A stretch of 64,000 bases of DNA from Vulcanimicrobiales bacterium (GCA_038231455.1 JBBRLI010000001.1:320001-384000); one strand, 5' to 3'; counted from the first letter of the stretch, positions 8,498-19,636 are shown. The notes: a model not told the origin generated them from the letters alone. Made by a program: numbers and translations.

Positions 8498-10399
8498 ATG
8501 CTTCGACGGCTTGCCTTTACCCGTACATTCCGCTCCGTCTCATTGACGGGGCTTGCAATAGCTTTGGCACTTGGCGCCTCCGGCGCTCGCGCGGGCAGCG
8601 GCGATAAGGAACTCAGTCGCGTCAAAGGCTCGGTTGGCTTTCAATCGGGCGCCGATGGCGCGTTCAAAGCGATCTTCGGTCGCCAAAATCTCGGCGATGA
8701 TGCCTACGCGGTAACGAAGGCGCGGTCGCTCGCCGTCCTCAAACTCGTCGACTCATCGGAAATCGATATCGGCGAGAACACGATCGTGCAAGTCGGCGAG
8801 TTTCAGCAAGCCGCTTCGGGCAAACAAAACGAAATCAATCTGAAAAACGGCGCGCTGCATTTCAAGATTCGGCGCCCCGCAGGCGGTCAGTCAAACTACA
8901 CGTTCCAGACACCCACCTCGCAGATTGCCGTGCGCGGTACCGAAGGCTTCCTCATTTCCGGCCCGACCGGGACACAGGTCGTCTGCACGGTCTGCACGAT
9001 CGGCGACGTCTCGGTAACGACCGGAACGCAAACCGTCACCCTTGTCTCCGGTCAGACACTGATCGTCAACGGCGCGGCGAACTCGATCGGAACGGCCACG
9101 CAGACGATCGTCAGCAACGCACAGGTCAACAATCCGGCGGTCTCGCAGTTCGGCTCGACCGGCACCGGGACCGTCGGCGGAAACACCGTCTCGAACGCGA
9201 TCGGCGACACGACAGGCTCGACCTCCGGCTCGACGCTCGGCGCCACCACCGGCACGACGGGCGGCCTTACCACGGGCCAAATCGTGACCACGACCGGCGC
9301 GGTCGGCGGCACGACAGCGGTCGTCGCAGCGACAAACCAATCGACCCCGGCACCAACACCGTCGCCGACCCCGGTACCAACATCAACACCGACGCCGGTT
9401 CCAACGGCAAGTCCGACGCCGACGCCAACGCCAACTCCCACCGCCACTCCGGTGCCCACGCCGTCGCCCGTCGGCGTATCGCCGTCGCCGACGCCAAGCG
9501 CGACACCGATCCCTACGGCTACGCCGGCCCCAACCGCAACGCCGACGGCGACACCGGTGCCGACGCCCAGCCCAACGCCAACGCCAACACCGGTACCAAC
9601 CCTTGGCGCGCTGACAATCACCGACGCGCGTACGACGACGGTCGCGAACAGTTTCCCGTCGGCCGTGAACCCCTTAGCGAACATCACGCTCGTCAACTAC
9701 TACAATGGCGCGAACGGCGCGTTCAACGTGAGTTCCCTGACGTTCTCGGGTCCGGCCAACGTCACGGCGCCGACGTTTAACATCACGGCGAACACGCCGA
9801 ATCTTGTCGGTGCTGTCGGCGGCACGTTTAGCACCGGCGGCTTGTACACGTTCAGCGCGACACCGCCGGGCGGAAGCCCCGTGAGCATCAACCTGCCCGT
9901 GTACGGGACGATCGTCAATACATCATCGAATGCAAACGTCACGAGCGTCTCCAACGCCAGTCCCGGATCGCCGTTCAGTCAGGCGTTCACGTTCGCGCAG
10001 CCGGGTCCGTCCGGCGCGACGATCTCCGCGACGCTCGTCTGTCAGACCGGTACCGTCAACACGGGGACGCCATACTACGCGCTGAGTCCCTCCTCGTCGG
10101 TTCCCGCCACGGGCGGTACCTTCACCGTGACGATCACCGGCGCTCCGGACTACGGTGGCGCAGCACCGCCGGGCGGCCCTGCGTGTACGCTCAACGCGAT
10201 CGGAAGCGGATCGCCCTCACCGACGCTCTCGTTCACGTTCAATATCTCAACGACGTCGTTCACGGTCTCCGGACACAAACGCAAATCGCAAACCGGACCG
10301 ACAACCGGCCCAAGCACAACGCCGGTCCCCGTTCCGAGCCCCCATGCGACGCCGCCGAGCGGCCCGCGCGTTCGTCCGCCGGGACAACATCCGCTCTAG
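8498..10399 (+). CDS. Secreted FecR-domain protein with Pro/Thr-rich linker and beta-rich C-terminal domains
   Basis: Signal peptide ending ALGASGARA; FecR motifs [13 protein letters not shown] and [13 protein letters not shown]. Confidence 0.75.
   Translation: MLRRLAFTRTFRSVSLTGLAIALALGASGARAGSGDKELSRVKGSVGFQSGADGAFKAIFGRQNLGDDAYAVTKARSLAVLKLVDSSEIDIGENTIVQVGEFQQAASGKQNEINLKNGALHFKIRRPAGGQSNYTFQTPTSQIAVRGTEGFLISGPTGTQVVCTVCTIGDVSVTTGTQTVTLVSGQTLIVNGAANSIGTATQTIVSNAQVNNPAVSQFGSTGTGTVGGNTVSNAIGDTTGSTSGSTLGATTGTTGGLTTGQIVTTTGAVGGTTAVVAATNQSTPAPTPSPTPVPTSTPTPVPTASPTPTPTPTPTATPVPTPSPVGVSPSPTPSATPIPTATPAPTATPTATPVPTPSPTPTPTPVPTLGALTITDARTTTVANSFPSAVNPLANITLVNYYNGANGAFNVSSLTFSGPANVTAPTFNITANTPNLVGAVGGTFSTGGLYTFSATPPGGSPVSINLPVYGTIVNTSSNANVTSVSNASPGSPFSQAFTFAQPGPSGATISATLVCQTGTVNTGTPYYALSPSSSVPATGGTFTVTITGAPDYGGAAPPGGPACTLNAIGSGSPSPTLSFTFNISTTSFTVSGHKRKSQTGPTTGPSTTPVPVPSPHATPPSGPRVRPPGQHPL
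9343..9600 (+). repeat. Low-complexity (PT/PS)n coding repeat
   Basis: Encodes [18 protein letters not shown]... with degenerate codons. Confidence 0.8.
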
Positions 10400-10413
10400 C
10401 TTCGCGCTAGCGT

Positions 10414-10451
10414 AAAAAGAAGACCGCGGTGCAAACCGCGGTCTTCTTTTT
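10414..10451. terminator. Bidirectional intrinsic terminator
   Basis: aaaaagaagaccgcggt-gcaa-accgcggtcttcttttt, a perfect inverted repeat with A/T tails between convergent genes. Confidence 0.9.
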
Positions 10452-11730
10452 ACGGCAGGCGACCGGCGATCGAGGCGTCGAGGATTTCGATCGGATGCGC
10501 CGCGCGTAACGTCGCGCCGCGGTCACGTAAGATCGACTGAATCTGAAGCGTGCAGCCCGGATTGGCGCTCGCAAGCATCTGCGGCTTGACGCTCGTGACA
10601 TTATCGACTTTGCGGTCGCCGATCTCACGTGCCGCTTCGGGCTCGAAGAGGTTGTACGTGCCGGCGCTGCCGCAGCACTGATCGCCGTCTGGGATCTCGA
10701 GCAGTTGCAATTCGGGGATGCCCCGCAAAAGCTGGCGAGGCTGGCTGCGAATACGCTGCGCGTGGGCGAGGTGGCAGGCATCGTGATACGCGACGCGCAG
10801 CGGAATCGGATGACGCTTCGCACGCGGTTCCAGCGCTGCCAGATACTCATTGATGTCGCGAACTTTGCGTGCAAACGCCGCGGCGCGATCGGCCCACAGC
10901 GGATCGCTTGCGAGGATATCGCCGTATTCTTTGAGCGACGAGCCGCAGCCGGCGGCATTGATGACGATCGTATCGACGTCGTGCGATTCGAAGCGCGCGA
11001 TGAGCGCGCGAGCGAATTTCTTTGCTTCGTCTTGACGGCCCGAATGCAAGGAGAGCGCGCCGCAACAGCCCTGCTGCTCGGGCACGATTACCTCGCAGCC
11101 TTCGGCCGCGAGCACGCGAATTGTTGCGTCGTTGACGTTCGGGAAAAACGTTCGCTGCACGCAACCGGCAACTAACGCGACGCGCGCGCGTTTCTCGCCG
11201 AGCGCCGGCGTAAACGCCGGCAACGTCTTGCGTAAATCGGAGAATTCGATATCGGGTGAAAGCGATTCGAGTTGACGCAGGCGCGGTGGAAGCAACTTTG
11301 CCAATCCCGACTTCCGAACGAGACCCTGCGCGCCGCTCTTCGCATAGGCGATCAGCGGATAGGCCAGCTTGTTCAGACGGTCCGGATACGGAAAGAGGGC
11401 GAAGATTAATTCGCGGAACGCACGATCGAGTGGCGCGCGCGGTTTTTCTTCAACCTTCGCGCGCGTCGCCTCGATCAGCAAGTCGTACCGCACGCCCGAC
11501 GGGCACGCCGTGACGCAGCCCATACAGCCTAAGCACGCATCGAAGTGGCCACGGACGACATCGTCCATCACGATGACGCCGTCGGCGACGCCTTTCATCA
11601 AGTCGATGCGGCCGCGCGGCGAATCGCTCTCGTGCGACCACGAGTTGTACGTCGGACAGGCCGGCAGACAGAATCCGCAGTGTACGCAATCGTCGATGAG
11701 CTCGCGCGTCGTGCGCGTTTCGATATCCAA
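10450..11730 (-). CDS. glcF: Glycolate oxidase iron-sulfur subunit GlcF
   Basis: CVHCGFCLPACP, SPRGRI, CLGCMGCVTACPSGV; two CCG domains (GCCGAL, QCCGSAG). Confidence 0.93.
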   Translation of the reverse strand: MDIETRTTRELIDDCVHCGFCLPACPTYNSWSHESDSPRGRIDLMKGVADGVIVMDDVVRGHFDACLGCMGCVTACPSGVRYDLLIEATRAKVEEKPRAPLDRAFRELIFALFPYPDRLNKLAYPLIAYAKSGAQGLVRKSGLAKLLPPRLRQLESLSPDIEFSDLRKTLPAFTPALGEKRARVALVAGCVQRTFFPNVNDATIRVLAAEGCEVIVPEQQGCCGALSLHSGRQDEAKKFARALIARFESHDVDTIVINAAGCGSSLKEYGDILASDPLWADRAAAFARKVRDINEYLAALEPRAKRHPIPLRVAYHDACHLAHAQRIRSQPRQLLRGIPELQLLEIPDGDQCCGSAGTYNLFEPEAAREIGDRKVDNVTSVKPQMLASANPGCTLQIQSILRDRGATLRAAHPIEILDASIAGRLP

Positions 11731-12897
11731 CTAGAGTCCTCCGACGAACCGGCCGGGATTGAATGTCCCCTGCGGATCGAACCGTTCTTTAAGTGCACGC
11801 ATGAGCGCAAAGGCCGGCGGCGGCGTTCCCCACGCTTCGACTTCGAGCTCGGGTGGCTGCGCATGGATGACGAGCGAACCGCCCGCGGCCTCGATCGCTG
11901 CACGCGCTTCGAGAATCGCCGTGCGGCTCGCGGCCGTCGTCCCATCCGCGGCAACGAACACGGCTGCGATCGTTGGTAAAGCGACGGCACGAAATCGGTC
12001 GAGCGCGGGCAAGAGTGGGCGCACGATTCCGTTCATGACCTTCGGGTATGCCGAGGACAGATGCGTGATCTGCAAGCGAATTGCACCGGATCGCGCGCGG
12101 ACGTGCGCGGCGTCGGCGAGGCCGATTGCGGTCGCATCGAGTTCGTCGATAGCAACACCGTACGTCCGCGCGATCGCGAAGGCAGCATCGACTTGCTCGG
12201 CGACGCCGCGCTCGAAGCCCTCGAAGCGTACGAGCAGCAACGGATTGATTTCATCCAAGACTTCGATCGACGTCGGTTCGAGCGCGTGCCCGATCAACTC
12301 GACCACGATCTCTTGAATACGACGATGATCGCTGCACTTGAAGCCGACCGCGCGCTCGATTTGGGGCAATGGATGCAGGCGAAACGTCGCCTCAGCGATC
12401 GCGCCGAGCGTCCCAAGCGACCCCACCATTAACTTGGGCAGATCGAAGCCCGCGACGTTCTTGACGACTTTGCCGCCGCCGCGCGCGCGCGTGCCGTCGG
12501 CACGCACGATGCCGACGCCGACGATGAGGTCTTTGATCGTGCCGTACTTGTGACGCCGCCGGCCCCAACTGTTGACGGCGATGAGGCCGCCGATGCTTGC
12601 CGATTCGGGATGCGCGGCATCGAGTGCGAGAAACTGCCCGTTCTTGCGAACTTCGGCTTGCAGCGCGGCATGCGTGATGCCCGCCTCCACCGTGATCGTC
12701 TGATCGCTCGGCGCGTATTCGATGATGCGCCCAATCGCGGTCGTTTGAATCTCCTGGAGCGGGCGCGCGGCGGAATTACCGAGGCCCATCTCCGTTGCAC
12801 CGCCGACAAGCGCGCAGGCATCACCGGCGGCGCCGATCGCGGCGACCGTGTGCGCGAGTTCGTCGATCGATTTCGGTCGATGAGGCGACGCGATCAT
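11731..12897 (-). CDS. glcE: Glycolate oxidase FAD-binding subunit GlcE
   Basis: GGKVVKNVAGFDLPKLMVGSLGTLG; LKERFDPQGTFNPGR. Confidence 0.9.
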   Translation of the reverse strand: MIASPHRPKSIDELAHTVAAIGAAGDACALVGGATEMGLGNSAARPLQEIQTTAIGRIIEYAPSDQTITVEAGITHAALQAEVRKNGQFLALDAAHPESASIGGLIAVNSWGRRRHKYGTIKDLIVGVGIVRADGTRARGGGKVVKNVAGFDLPKLMVGSLGTLGAIAEATFRLHPLPQIERAVGFKCSDHRRIQEIVVELIGHALEPTSIEVLDEINPLLLVRFEGFERGVAEQVDAAFAIARTYGVAIDELDATAIGLADAAHVRARSGAIRLQITHLSSAYPKVMNGIVRPLLPALDRFRAVALPTIAAVFVAADGTTAASRTAILEARAAIEAAGGSLVIHAQPPELEVEAWGTPPPAFALMRALKERFDPQGTFNPGRFVGGL

Positions 12898-14339
12898 CCG
12901 CGCCCGGCCGTTCCCGCAAGCTCGGCAGAACTCGGCGCGTAGACGCCCGGGCGATCGCCGCAGAGGCGCGGTGTCGGAAACACTTTACCGGGATTGAACG
13001 AGCGCGTCGGATCGAACGCACAGCGCACGTAGTGCTGTGTCTCCAAGTCGTCGTCGGTAAAAAGATCGCCCATGTAGACGGCCTTGTCGTGACCGACACC
13101 GTGTTCGCCCGTGATCGAGCCGCCGTGCCGCACGCAAATCTTGAGAATTTCGCCGCCGACGTGTTCGGCTTTGGCTTCTTCTCCGGGAATGCGTCCATCG
13201 TAGAGCACGAGCGGATGCAAGTTGCCATCACCCGCATGAAAGACGTTCGCGACACGAAGACCCGCTTCGGTTCCGAGTCGCGCGATCTCGCGCAAGACGG
13301 TCGAAATCGCCGAACGCGGAATGACGCCGTCCTGGACGTAATAGTTCGGCGAGATGCGGCCCATCGCCGCGAACGCGCCTTTCCGGCCTTTCCACATCAG
13401 CGCGCGCTCGGCTTCATCGCGCGGCGTGCGAATCTCAATCGCCCCGGCCGTCTTCACAAGATCGATGACGATGTCGGCGGTGTGTTCTACTTCGGCGGTA
13501 ATGCCGTCGACGTCGATGAGGAGCGCTGCACCGGCATCGAGTGGCCAATCGACGTGTGTCGATGCGACGATCGCTTCGATTGCGAGCTGGTCCATCATTT
13601 CGATGGCCGCCGGAACGATGCCCACGGCGATAATTGCGGAAACGGCTGCGCCCGCTTCATCGGTCGATGGGAACGTTGCAAAAATCGTGCGCGTCGCTTG
13701 CGGTCGGCGCAGCAGACGTACCGTCACCTCGGTAACGATTCCGAGCAAACCTTCGCTGCCGACGACGACGCCCGTGAGGTCGTAGCCGAGCGGATCGACC
13801 GTTCCGCCGATCTCGACAATGGCCCCATCGGCCAGCACCATCGTTATGCCAAGAACGTGGTTCACGGTAAACCCATATTTGAGGCAATGTGCCCCGCCGG
13901 AATTCTCTGCAACATTGCCGCCGATGGAACAGACGCTTTGCGAGCTTGGGTCCGGTGCGTAGTAGTAACCGTCGGCGGCGAGGCGTTTCGAAATATCGAG
14001 GTTGATCACACCCGGTCCCACGCGCATTCTCTGGTTCGGTAAATCGATCTCCAGGATGTCTTTCATGCGCGAAAGACCGATAACAAGACACCCCTCGACG
14101 GGCAGCGCTCCGCCGGAGAGACCCGTGCCCGCGCCTCGCGGGACGATTGGGACGCCAGCGGCGCGAGCCACTTTCACGCAAGCACTGACTTCTTCTGTAG
14201 TAAGCGGCAAGACAACGACGCGCGGGCGGACGCGAAATCCGGCGAGGCCGTCGCATTCGTAGGTGCGCAGTTCGCCCGGATCAGTTATTGCGTGCTTGGA
14301 ACCGACGATTGCCGTCAGCCGGGTAGCAAAGTCGTCCAT
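12894..14339 (-). CDS. glcD: Glycolate oxidase subunit GlcD
   Basis: YECDG, PRGAGTGLSGG, PDPSSQ, ENSGGAHCLKYG, HAGDGNLHP, GEHGVG. Start set at MDDFATRL. Confidence 0.93.
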   Translation of the reverse strand: MDDFATRLTAIVGSKHAITDPGELRTYECDGLAGFRVRPRVVVLPLTTEEVSACVKVARAAGVPIVPRGAGTGLSGGALPVEGCLVIGLSRMKDILEIDLPNQRMRVGPGVINLDISKRLAADGYYYAPDPSSQSVCSIGGNVAENSGGAHCLKYGFTVNHVLGITMVLADGAIVEIGGTVDPLGYDLTGVVVGSEGLLGIVTEVTVRLLRRPQATRTIFATFPSTDEAGAAVSAIIAVGIVPAAIEMMDQLAIEAIVASTHVDWPLDAGAALLIDVDGITAEVEHTADIVIDLVKTAGAIEIRTPRDEAERALMWKGRKGAFAAMGRISPNYYVQDGVIPRSAISTVLREIARLGTEAGLRVANVFHAGDGNLHPLVLYDGRIPGEEAKAEHVGGEILKICVRHGGSITGEHGVGHDKAVYMGDLFTDDDLETQHYVRCAFDPTRSFNPGKVFPTPRLCGDRPGVYAPSSAELAGTAGRG

Positions 14340-14414
14340 TCTGAGAATATTCTGCCAAACTAACGCCCTGCCTTGAAACGACTTTTCACGAAGAGACAAC
14401 TCGGGTGAGAGATG

Positions 14415-16100
14415 TTAGTCGTTCGCGTCGTCGAGCAACCAAACGGGGGCCACCGTCGATCGCGTCGCCGGGAGCACGGGGTATCCGCCGTGCCGTTCGA
14501 CGGCACCGAGTAGCGCTCGGCGTGCGGCTTCGAGCCCCGGACGGTTGCCGGTCGGATGGAGCGCGTAAATCGTGCGCAGTGCTTCGTGTTGACGCACACC
14601 CGGTGCAAGCGAACGGTTTGCGCGGTCGTTGAACACCGTGTAGGCAACTTCGATCCCCCGCACCCGCACCGCATCGCTCGCGGCCGTTAAGCGCAACCAA
14701 AGTTCGTAGTCCGCAGCCACAAACAGGTCGGTGTTGAACCCGGCCAGGCGACGCAAAACGTCGGCGCGAACGAGCACGCGCGTTGCACCCGGAACTGTGT
14801 TTCCGATAAGGAGTGCGCTGCGTTCGAGCGCCGGGGCATCCACGATCGTGTAGCCCGTTACCCGGAGTTCCTTCGGCGATTCAACATACGTCATTGCCGT
14901 GCCGCAGACGGCAAGATCGCAGCCGCTGCGAACGAGCGCATCGACCAGCGATTCAATATGACGCGGCGCGAGTGCATCATCGTCATCGAGCACGCCTACG
15001 AAGACTGCGGTCGTCGATGCGAGCGCTTCGTTCGCTGCCGTTCGGTATGCACTGAGCGGACGCTCGATCAGCGTCGCGCGCGGAAAACAGGCGACGAGCG
15101 ACGCAACGCTCGCGCCGCCGTCGTTGATCACGATGGCGCGCGTGCCGGCGTGCGTCTGCGCTTCGACGCTCGCAAGAGCGCGAGCTAAAAGTTCCGGCCG
15201 ATCGCGCGTCCGCACGATGAGCGCCGCTTCGGCTGCTTCAGCCCCCGCGGGCCGCATCGCAATCGTCACCTGCGCTTGCACGGCCGGCGACCGCTGGTGC
15301 GGCGCGCGCGTTCCCAAGGACGTACGCACGGCGCGAGCGAGCGTTCGGGTATCCGTACGATCGAACGTCAGAGCTCCTGCAAGCCATTCGTGCGCTCCGC
15401 TCGCGCGATCCACGACGAGTGGGGCGCCGCATGAGGCGATGCGCCAGGCTTCAAGCGGCGTCAAGGACTCCGTCAGCACCACGACGCGCGCGTCGACGAG
15501 TCGCGCTTCTTCGCCCGGACCCGCGACGATGACGCGCCGTGCAAACGCGCGCAACGCGAACGTAAACCACGCACGCAGCGCGGCGATCCCGGTACGATCC
15601 CAGATGACGATCGCATCACCCAACGATTGCGATACCGTCGGGCGCGAGGGTGGCGTCAGCAGAACGGTTTCCGCGGCTCGCACGTTCGCAAGACCTTCGA
15701 TCGTTCCGGCAGCGGTTCGCGAGGGCGCGATCACGCAATCGGCGAGCAACAGCGCTTCGCGCAATTGCGCGAGATCGCGCGGATCGTACGGCCCAATTTC
15801 GCTAACCTGCCGTCCCGAGACGAGCAGCGAGCCTTGCGCGTATGCGAGCAACGCTGCGGCACGAGATTCGGTTTCCCGATGTTGGGCGAAGATCGCCGCG
15901 GCAAGCCGTTCGACGAGCGCGACTCGGGGAGCGTCGATCAATGGCGCGATCGTAAGGCGTCCCGCACGCATGCGCGTCGCGATCATCGCCGGCAGCGCGC
16001 GCTCGATCGCATGAAGTTCGAAGACAACCAGAGGATCCGCAATCTGCGGGAGACGCGCCTCATACCACGCGGCCCGCTCGCCGAACGTCGCGCGAATCAC
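14415..16100 (-). CDS. Glycosyltransferase family 2 with uncharacterised N-terminal region
   Basis: IVRTRDRP, VINDGG, VLDDDD, ADYELWLRL in the C-terminal GT-A domain. Confidence 0.8.
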   Translation of the reverse strand: MIRATFGERAAWYEARLPQIADPLVVFELHAIERALPAMIATRMRAGRLTIAPLIDAPRVALVERLAAAIFAQHRETESRAAALLAYAQGSLLVSGRQVSEIGPYDPRDLAQLREALLLADCVIAPSRTAAGTIEGLANVRAAETVLLTPPSRPTVSQSLGDAIVIWDRTGIAALRAWFTFALRAFARRVIVAGPGEEARLVDARVVVLTESLTPLEAWRIASCGAPLVVDRASGAHEWLAGALTFDRTDTRTLARAVRTSLGTRAPHQRSPAVQAQVTIAMRPAGAEAAEAALIVRTRDRPELLARALASVEAQTHAGTRAIVINDGGASVASLVACFPRATLIERPLSAYRTAANEALASTTAVFVGVLDDDDALAPRHIESLVDALVRSGCDLAVCGTAMTYVESPKELRVTGYTIVDAPALERSALLIGNTVPGATRVLVRADVLRRLAGFNTDLFVAADYELWLRLTAASDAVRVRGIEVAYTVFNDRANRSLAPGVRQHEALRTIYALHPTGNRPGLEAARRALLGAVERHGGYPVLPATRSTVAPVWLLDDAND

Positions 16101-17731
16101 TAAAAACGCAACGGCGGCGGTGTAAATCCGGCGCGCCCGCCCATGCGATCCATCGTCGCGATGAGTTCACGTCGAGCAGCTGCGAGGATAGGCCGATCGC
16201 GCAAGTCGTCCAGTGAGACGAAACGCCGCATTGCATGGAGCATCGCTTCACCGCCGTACTGCATCATATTGCTAGCGTCGTCACGGATCGCGTATGCCGC
16301 GGTTACCGCGCGTACGTGCACGAAATCATGGGCTCGCGCAAGCCGGATCCAAAGCTCCCAATCTTCTGCATGACGGAATTCTTCGTCAAACCCGCCAGAT
16401 TCTGTGAGGACGCTTCGATCGAGTAGCGCCGACATCGGCCCGATGCCATCGCTAATGTGGATGGTGTCGCGGTCGACGTCGCCGTCGAGATAAACGGCGT
16501 AGCCGTAGGCCCGGTATGAACCATCGGTCTCGCGATCAAAGTACTCGCTGAGCGTGTCGGCGTGGGCGACCACGCCTCCAGAATGAACGAGCGCATCGAC
16601 GAGTCGCGCGACGTGGTCGGGGAAGAGCCGGTCGTCATCGTCGAGCCAGCCAAACCAGCGGCCTCGTGCCGCTCGTAGACCGACGTTAAGTGAAGGGATC
16701 GCACCTTGCCGAGTCACGTTTCCCACGATGCGAGCATTCGGATAGCGCTCCACGATGTCATCGACGGGGTCGCTGCCGTCATTCACGACGACAATCTCGA
16801 GCGATCGATACGTTTGCGCAGCGACACTTGCGATCGCGCGTTCGAACATGGCGCGACGGTTGTACGTGCGGATGACGATCGTGACGAGATCGCCGTCAGT
16901 CGGCAACCCGAAGGCATCGCATCGCGCGCGCACCGGAATCGTGTGCACGCGCGGCCTTTGAGCGCCAAGCGCCAACTGGACCGCACCCAGCAGCGAGAGC
17001 CGATCCCACGGAGCATAGCGCGCGACACCCGAACAGTACTCATCGATCCCGCTCGTAAACGGTGCGACAAGCGCCGCATCGAGTGCAGCGATGCTGATGG
17101 CAACGGCGGGATCATCGAGTCCGGGAACGACGATGACGCGCGCGCGTCCGAGGCCGCGTGCGGCTGGTTCGGAAGCGAACCGCATTCCCGAGCACAGCGA
17201 CGTGTCGCCGAGGACGAGGATCGGTGCATGGATTTCCTGGAGGGCAAAGACGCAGAATGCGACGAGCGCTGGGAGCTCTTCCGGCGCGTACACGACGATG
17301 GCGTCGCAGCGATCGGCAATTTCGATTGACGGTATTTCTGTCCGCTCGACGGCGATCGAAGCACGTTCGTATGGAAGATCCAGGAGCGGCGCAACGCGCT
17401 CCCACTGCGTCCAAGACGCGACTTCGATCGCATCGGCACAGCGCGCCGCATCGCGCAGCGTCTTCACGAAGCGCGGGTCGATCGCACCATAGTCTTTCAT
17501 CGGGCGACCGTCGATAACGAGCGATTCGTTCGCGAGCGCATCGAACGCCGCACGTCGTTCGTCGTAGTCCGTAGTCGAGCGCAAAATATGCGGGACCGTC
17601 GCGATGGTGAAAACGGCGCGAGAATCACAGCCGCGCAGGACGAGCGTTACGTGCTCGGCTCGTTCGCGAGCGACGACGATCGCACGTAAGGCATCGAGCG
17701 AGCGTTCAGGCGAGGCGAGAACCCGGATCAT
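16100..17731 (-). CDS. Glycosyltransferase family 2 with uncharacterised N-terminal region
   Basis: IVIRTYNR, VVNDGS, WLDDDD, EDWELWIRL; paralog of the adjacent gene. Confidence 0.85.
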   Translation of the reverse strand: MIRVLASPERSLDALRAIVVARERAEHVTLVLRGCDSRAVFTIATVPHILRSTTDYDERRAAFDALANESLVIDGRPMKDYGAIDPRFVKTLRDAARCADAIEVASWTQWERVAPLLDLPYERASIAVERTEIPSIEIADRCDAIVVYAPEELPALVAFCVFALQEIHAPILVLGDTSLCSGMRFASEPAARGLGRARVIVVPGLDDPAVAISIAALDAALVAPFTSGIDEYCSGVARYAPWDRLSLLGAVQLALGAQRPRVHTIPVRARCDAFGLPTDGDLVTIVIRTYNRRAMFERAIASVAAQTYRSLEIVVVNDGSDPVDDIVERYPNARIVGNVTRQGAIPSLNVGLRAARGRWFGWLDDDDRLFPDHVARLVDALVHSGGVVAHADTLSEYFDRETDGSYRAYGYAVYLDGDVDRDTIHISDGIGPMSALLDRSVLTESGGFDEEFRHAEDWELWIRLARAHDFVHVRAVTAAYAIRDDASNMMQYGGEAMLHAMRRFVSLDDLRDRPILAAARRELIATMDRMGGRAGFTPPPLRF

Positions 17732-17767
17732 CGTGCCGCGCGTTCGGCGATCGGCACGCGATTGCCC

Positions 17768-19636
17768 TTATGGGCTGACGGCGAGCGAAGTCGTTCCGGG
17801 TACGTTGAACATCAGGCTCGATCCGGCGAACCCCGATGTAATACTGGCGATCGGATAGGAAGAGACGTTTCCGTCGGACTGCGCGACGAAGAGATAGGCG
17901 TTGTTCGGCGAGACGACCATCGCCGTCACCGTCGCGCTCGTCGAACTTTGGAATGTATACCCCGTCGGCAATGCGCCTGCGTTGTTAAAATACGAGATTG
18001 TCGACGTCGGAGAACCGGTCGCGACAAAGACGCTTTTGCCGTCCGGCGATGCGGCCATTGCATTAAACGGTGTACCGGAGAGGATCACGTTTCCCGAGGC
18101 CCCCGGATTCGAATATGCGTACAGATATCCGTTCCCGTTCTGAACCATTTGGAAGATATTGCCGCGCGCTTCAACCAGCGCCAGCGGCGAACCGACATAC
18201 GAATTGTTGTTCGCCCCATTGGTCGGCGGCACGATCGTGAACGCATTGAGGTAACCAAGCGTGGCATCCGAGGTGATAAGCGTCGTCGCCGGGTTGTCGA
18301 CGGCGATCTTCATCGGACCAACATTACTGTTCGGCCCGGGCGAAATCATGGCCGGAGTCGGGCCGCCCGCCCCAAGCGTGAGCGAGTAGAAATTGCCCGC
18401 GGGCATTGGCGAACTGGGCGTTGAGAGAGCGTAGCCCGTGCACGAACCCGGATTGATGACGATTCCCGTTGTGTTCCCGTATGCAACTGAGGCCGTCGCA
18501 ACGCTGAGCGGCCCGGTAGGGGCCGTAAGATTCACGACGCTCACGGTATGGGCGCCGCCGCCCGTGTCGTTGACGCCGACGATCGCCTGCGCGAGATATC
18601 CCCCGCATGATCGGGAGACCCCGGCGAGCGTTGTTGGCGTGTAGCTCCCAATGGCGATTCTGCCGATCTCCGTCGCCGTCCCCGCAAGCGATAGCAAGCC
18701 ATCAAACGCGTGGACGTTATTATCGGACGCACCGGCCAGAAGATAAAAATCCGGCTGGATCAAGAGCTGAACTGGCAAAGCAATATATTGGTTCGAAAAC
18801 CCGCCTTGGACCGTCGCGGTCAGCGTTACATTCGCACTCGAGTTCGCCGGATAGGACAGCGCGACTGTCGTCGATTGCGGAACCGGTGCGCCGCCCGCGG
18901 GCACAACGAGCGGCAGCGTCGATGTGACGATCGCTGAATTTGCAACCGGCCCCGTAATCGCATTGCCCTCAACATCGAGGAGCGTAACCAGGACAGCGTT
19001 GCTTTGCGCGGTCCCCTGATTCTCGAGAAACGGCGTCGTCATTGGCGAAAATGTCGCGCTCGAAGCGATCGGCACAGTGGTAATCGTTACGTGATTTACG
19101 GCATTATTGTAAACGGGAATCGGCGTGGCTGAGGTGTAGGTCGCGAGCAAATATCCATTGGGGTTCGAAGGGCCGGCATACGTGACGCCGTTGTATTCGT
19201 TGATGATGAATGTATCGCCCGAACTAACGGGGACGTTGATCGTGATCGGATACGGTGTGGGTGCACTGGTCGACCCGGTTGCCGGAAAGCTAAACACCGT
19301 CTCCGTCGGAGCAGGCGAAGGTGTCGAACTCCCCGCGAAGACGGTCACGCCGATTTTGAGAACGCCCGAGCCGAGATAGCCAAGCTGATAATTTGCCTTG
19401 CGCGAACCGGAAATGCGGTGTAAGGACGGACTTCGTTTGGGCGGATTAACAAGAATGGTAACCGGGACGGTGGGTCCGGTTTTCAGGCCGGATTGCGTGG
19501 CCGCTGGAGCAGTAGGAACCGTGCGGGCGACGGAACCGCCGCCCGAGCAACCGGCAACGACCGCGAGCGTTCCAAGCGGAATACCGAGCGAAGTTAACGC
19601 TAAATTGCGACGCCCACGAGAATCTCCCGATGCCAT
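17768..19636 (-). CDS. Putative surface lipoprotein, Ser/Thr-rich, possible C-terminal beta-propeller
   Basis: Lipobox-like VVAGC-SGGG; propeller-like repeats AASPDGKSVFVA and VVSPNNAYLFVA. Confidence 0.6.
   Translation of the reverse strand: MASGDSRGRRNLALTSLGIPLGTLAVVAGCSGGGSVARTVPTAPAATQSGLKTGPTVPVTILVNPPKRSPSLHRISGSRKANYQLGYLGSGVLKIGVTVFAGSSTPSPAPTETVFSFPATGSTSAPTPYPITINVPVSSGDTFIINEYNGVTYAGPSNPNGYLLATYTSATPIPVYNNAVNHVTITTVPIASSATFSPMTTPFLENQGTAQSNAVLVTLLDVEGNAITGPVANSAIVTSTLPLVVPAGGAPVPQSTTVALSYPANSSANVTLTATVQGGFSNQYIALPVQLLIQPDFYLLAGASDNNVHAFDGLLSLAGTATEIGRIAIGSYTPTTLAGVSRSCGGYLAQAIVGVNDTGGGAHTVSVVNLTAPTGPLSVATASVAYGNTTGIVINPGSCTGYALSTPSSPMPAGNFYSLTLGAGGPTPAMISPGPNSNVGPMKIAVDNPATTLITSDATLGYLNAFTIVPPTNGANNNSYVGSPLALVEARGNIFQMVQNGNGYLYAYSNPGASGNVILSGTPFNAMAASPDGKSVFVATGSPTSTISYFNNAGALPTGYTFQSSTSATVTAMVVSPNNAYLFVAQSDGNVSSYPIASITSGFAGSSLMFNVPGTTSLAVSP

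Noticed and set aside
9343-9600. CRISPR array or DNA-level tandem repeat
   Set aside because: The repetition is at the amino-acid level (PT) with varied codons; there is no repeat-spacer structure and no cas gene.
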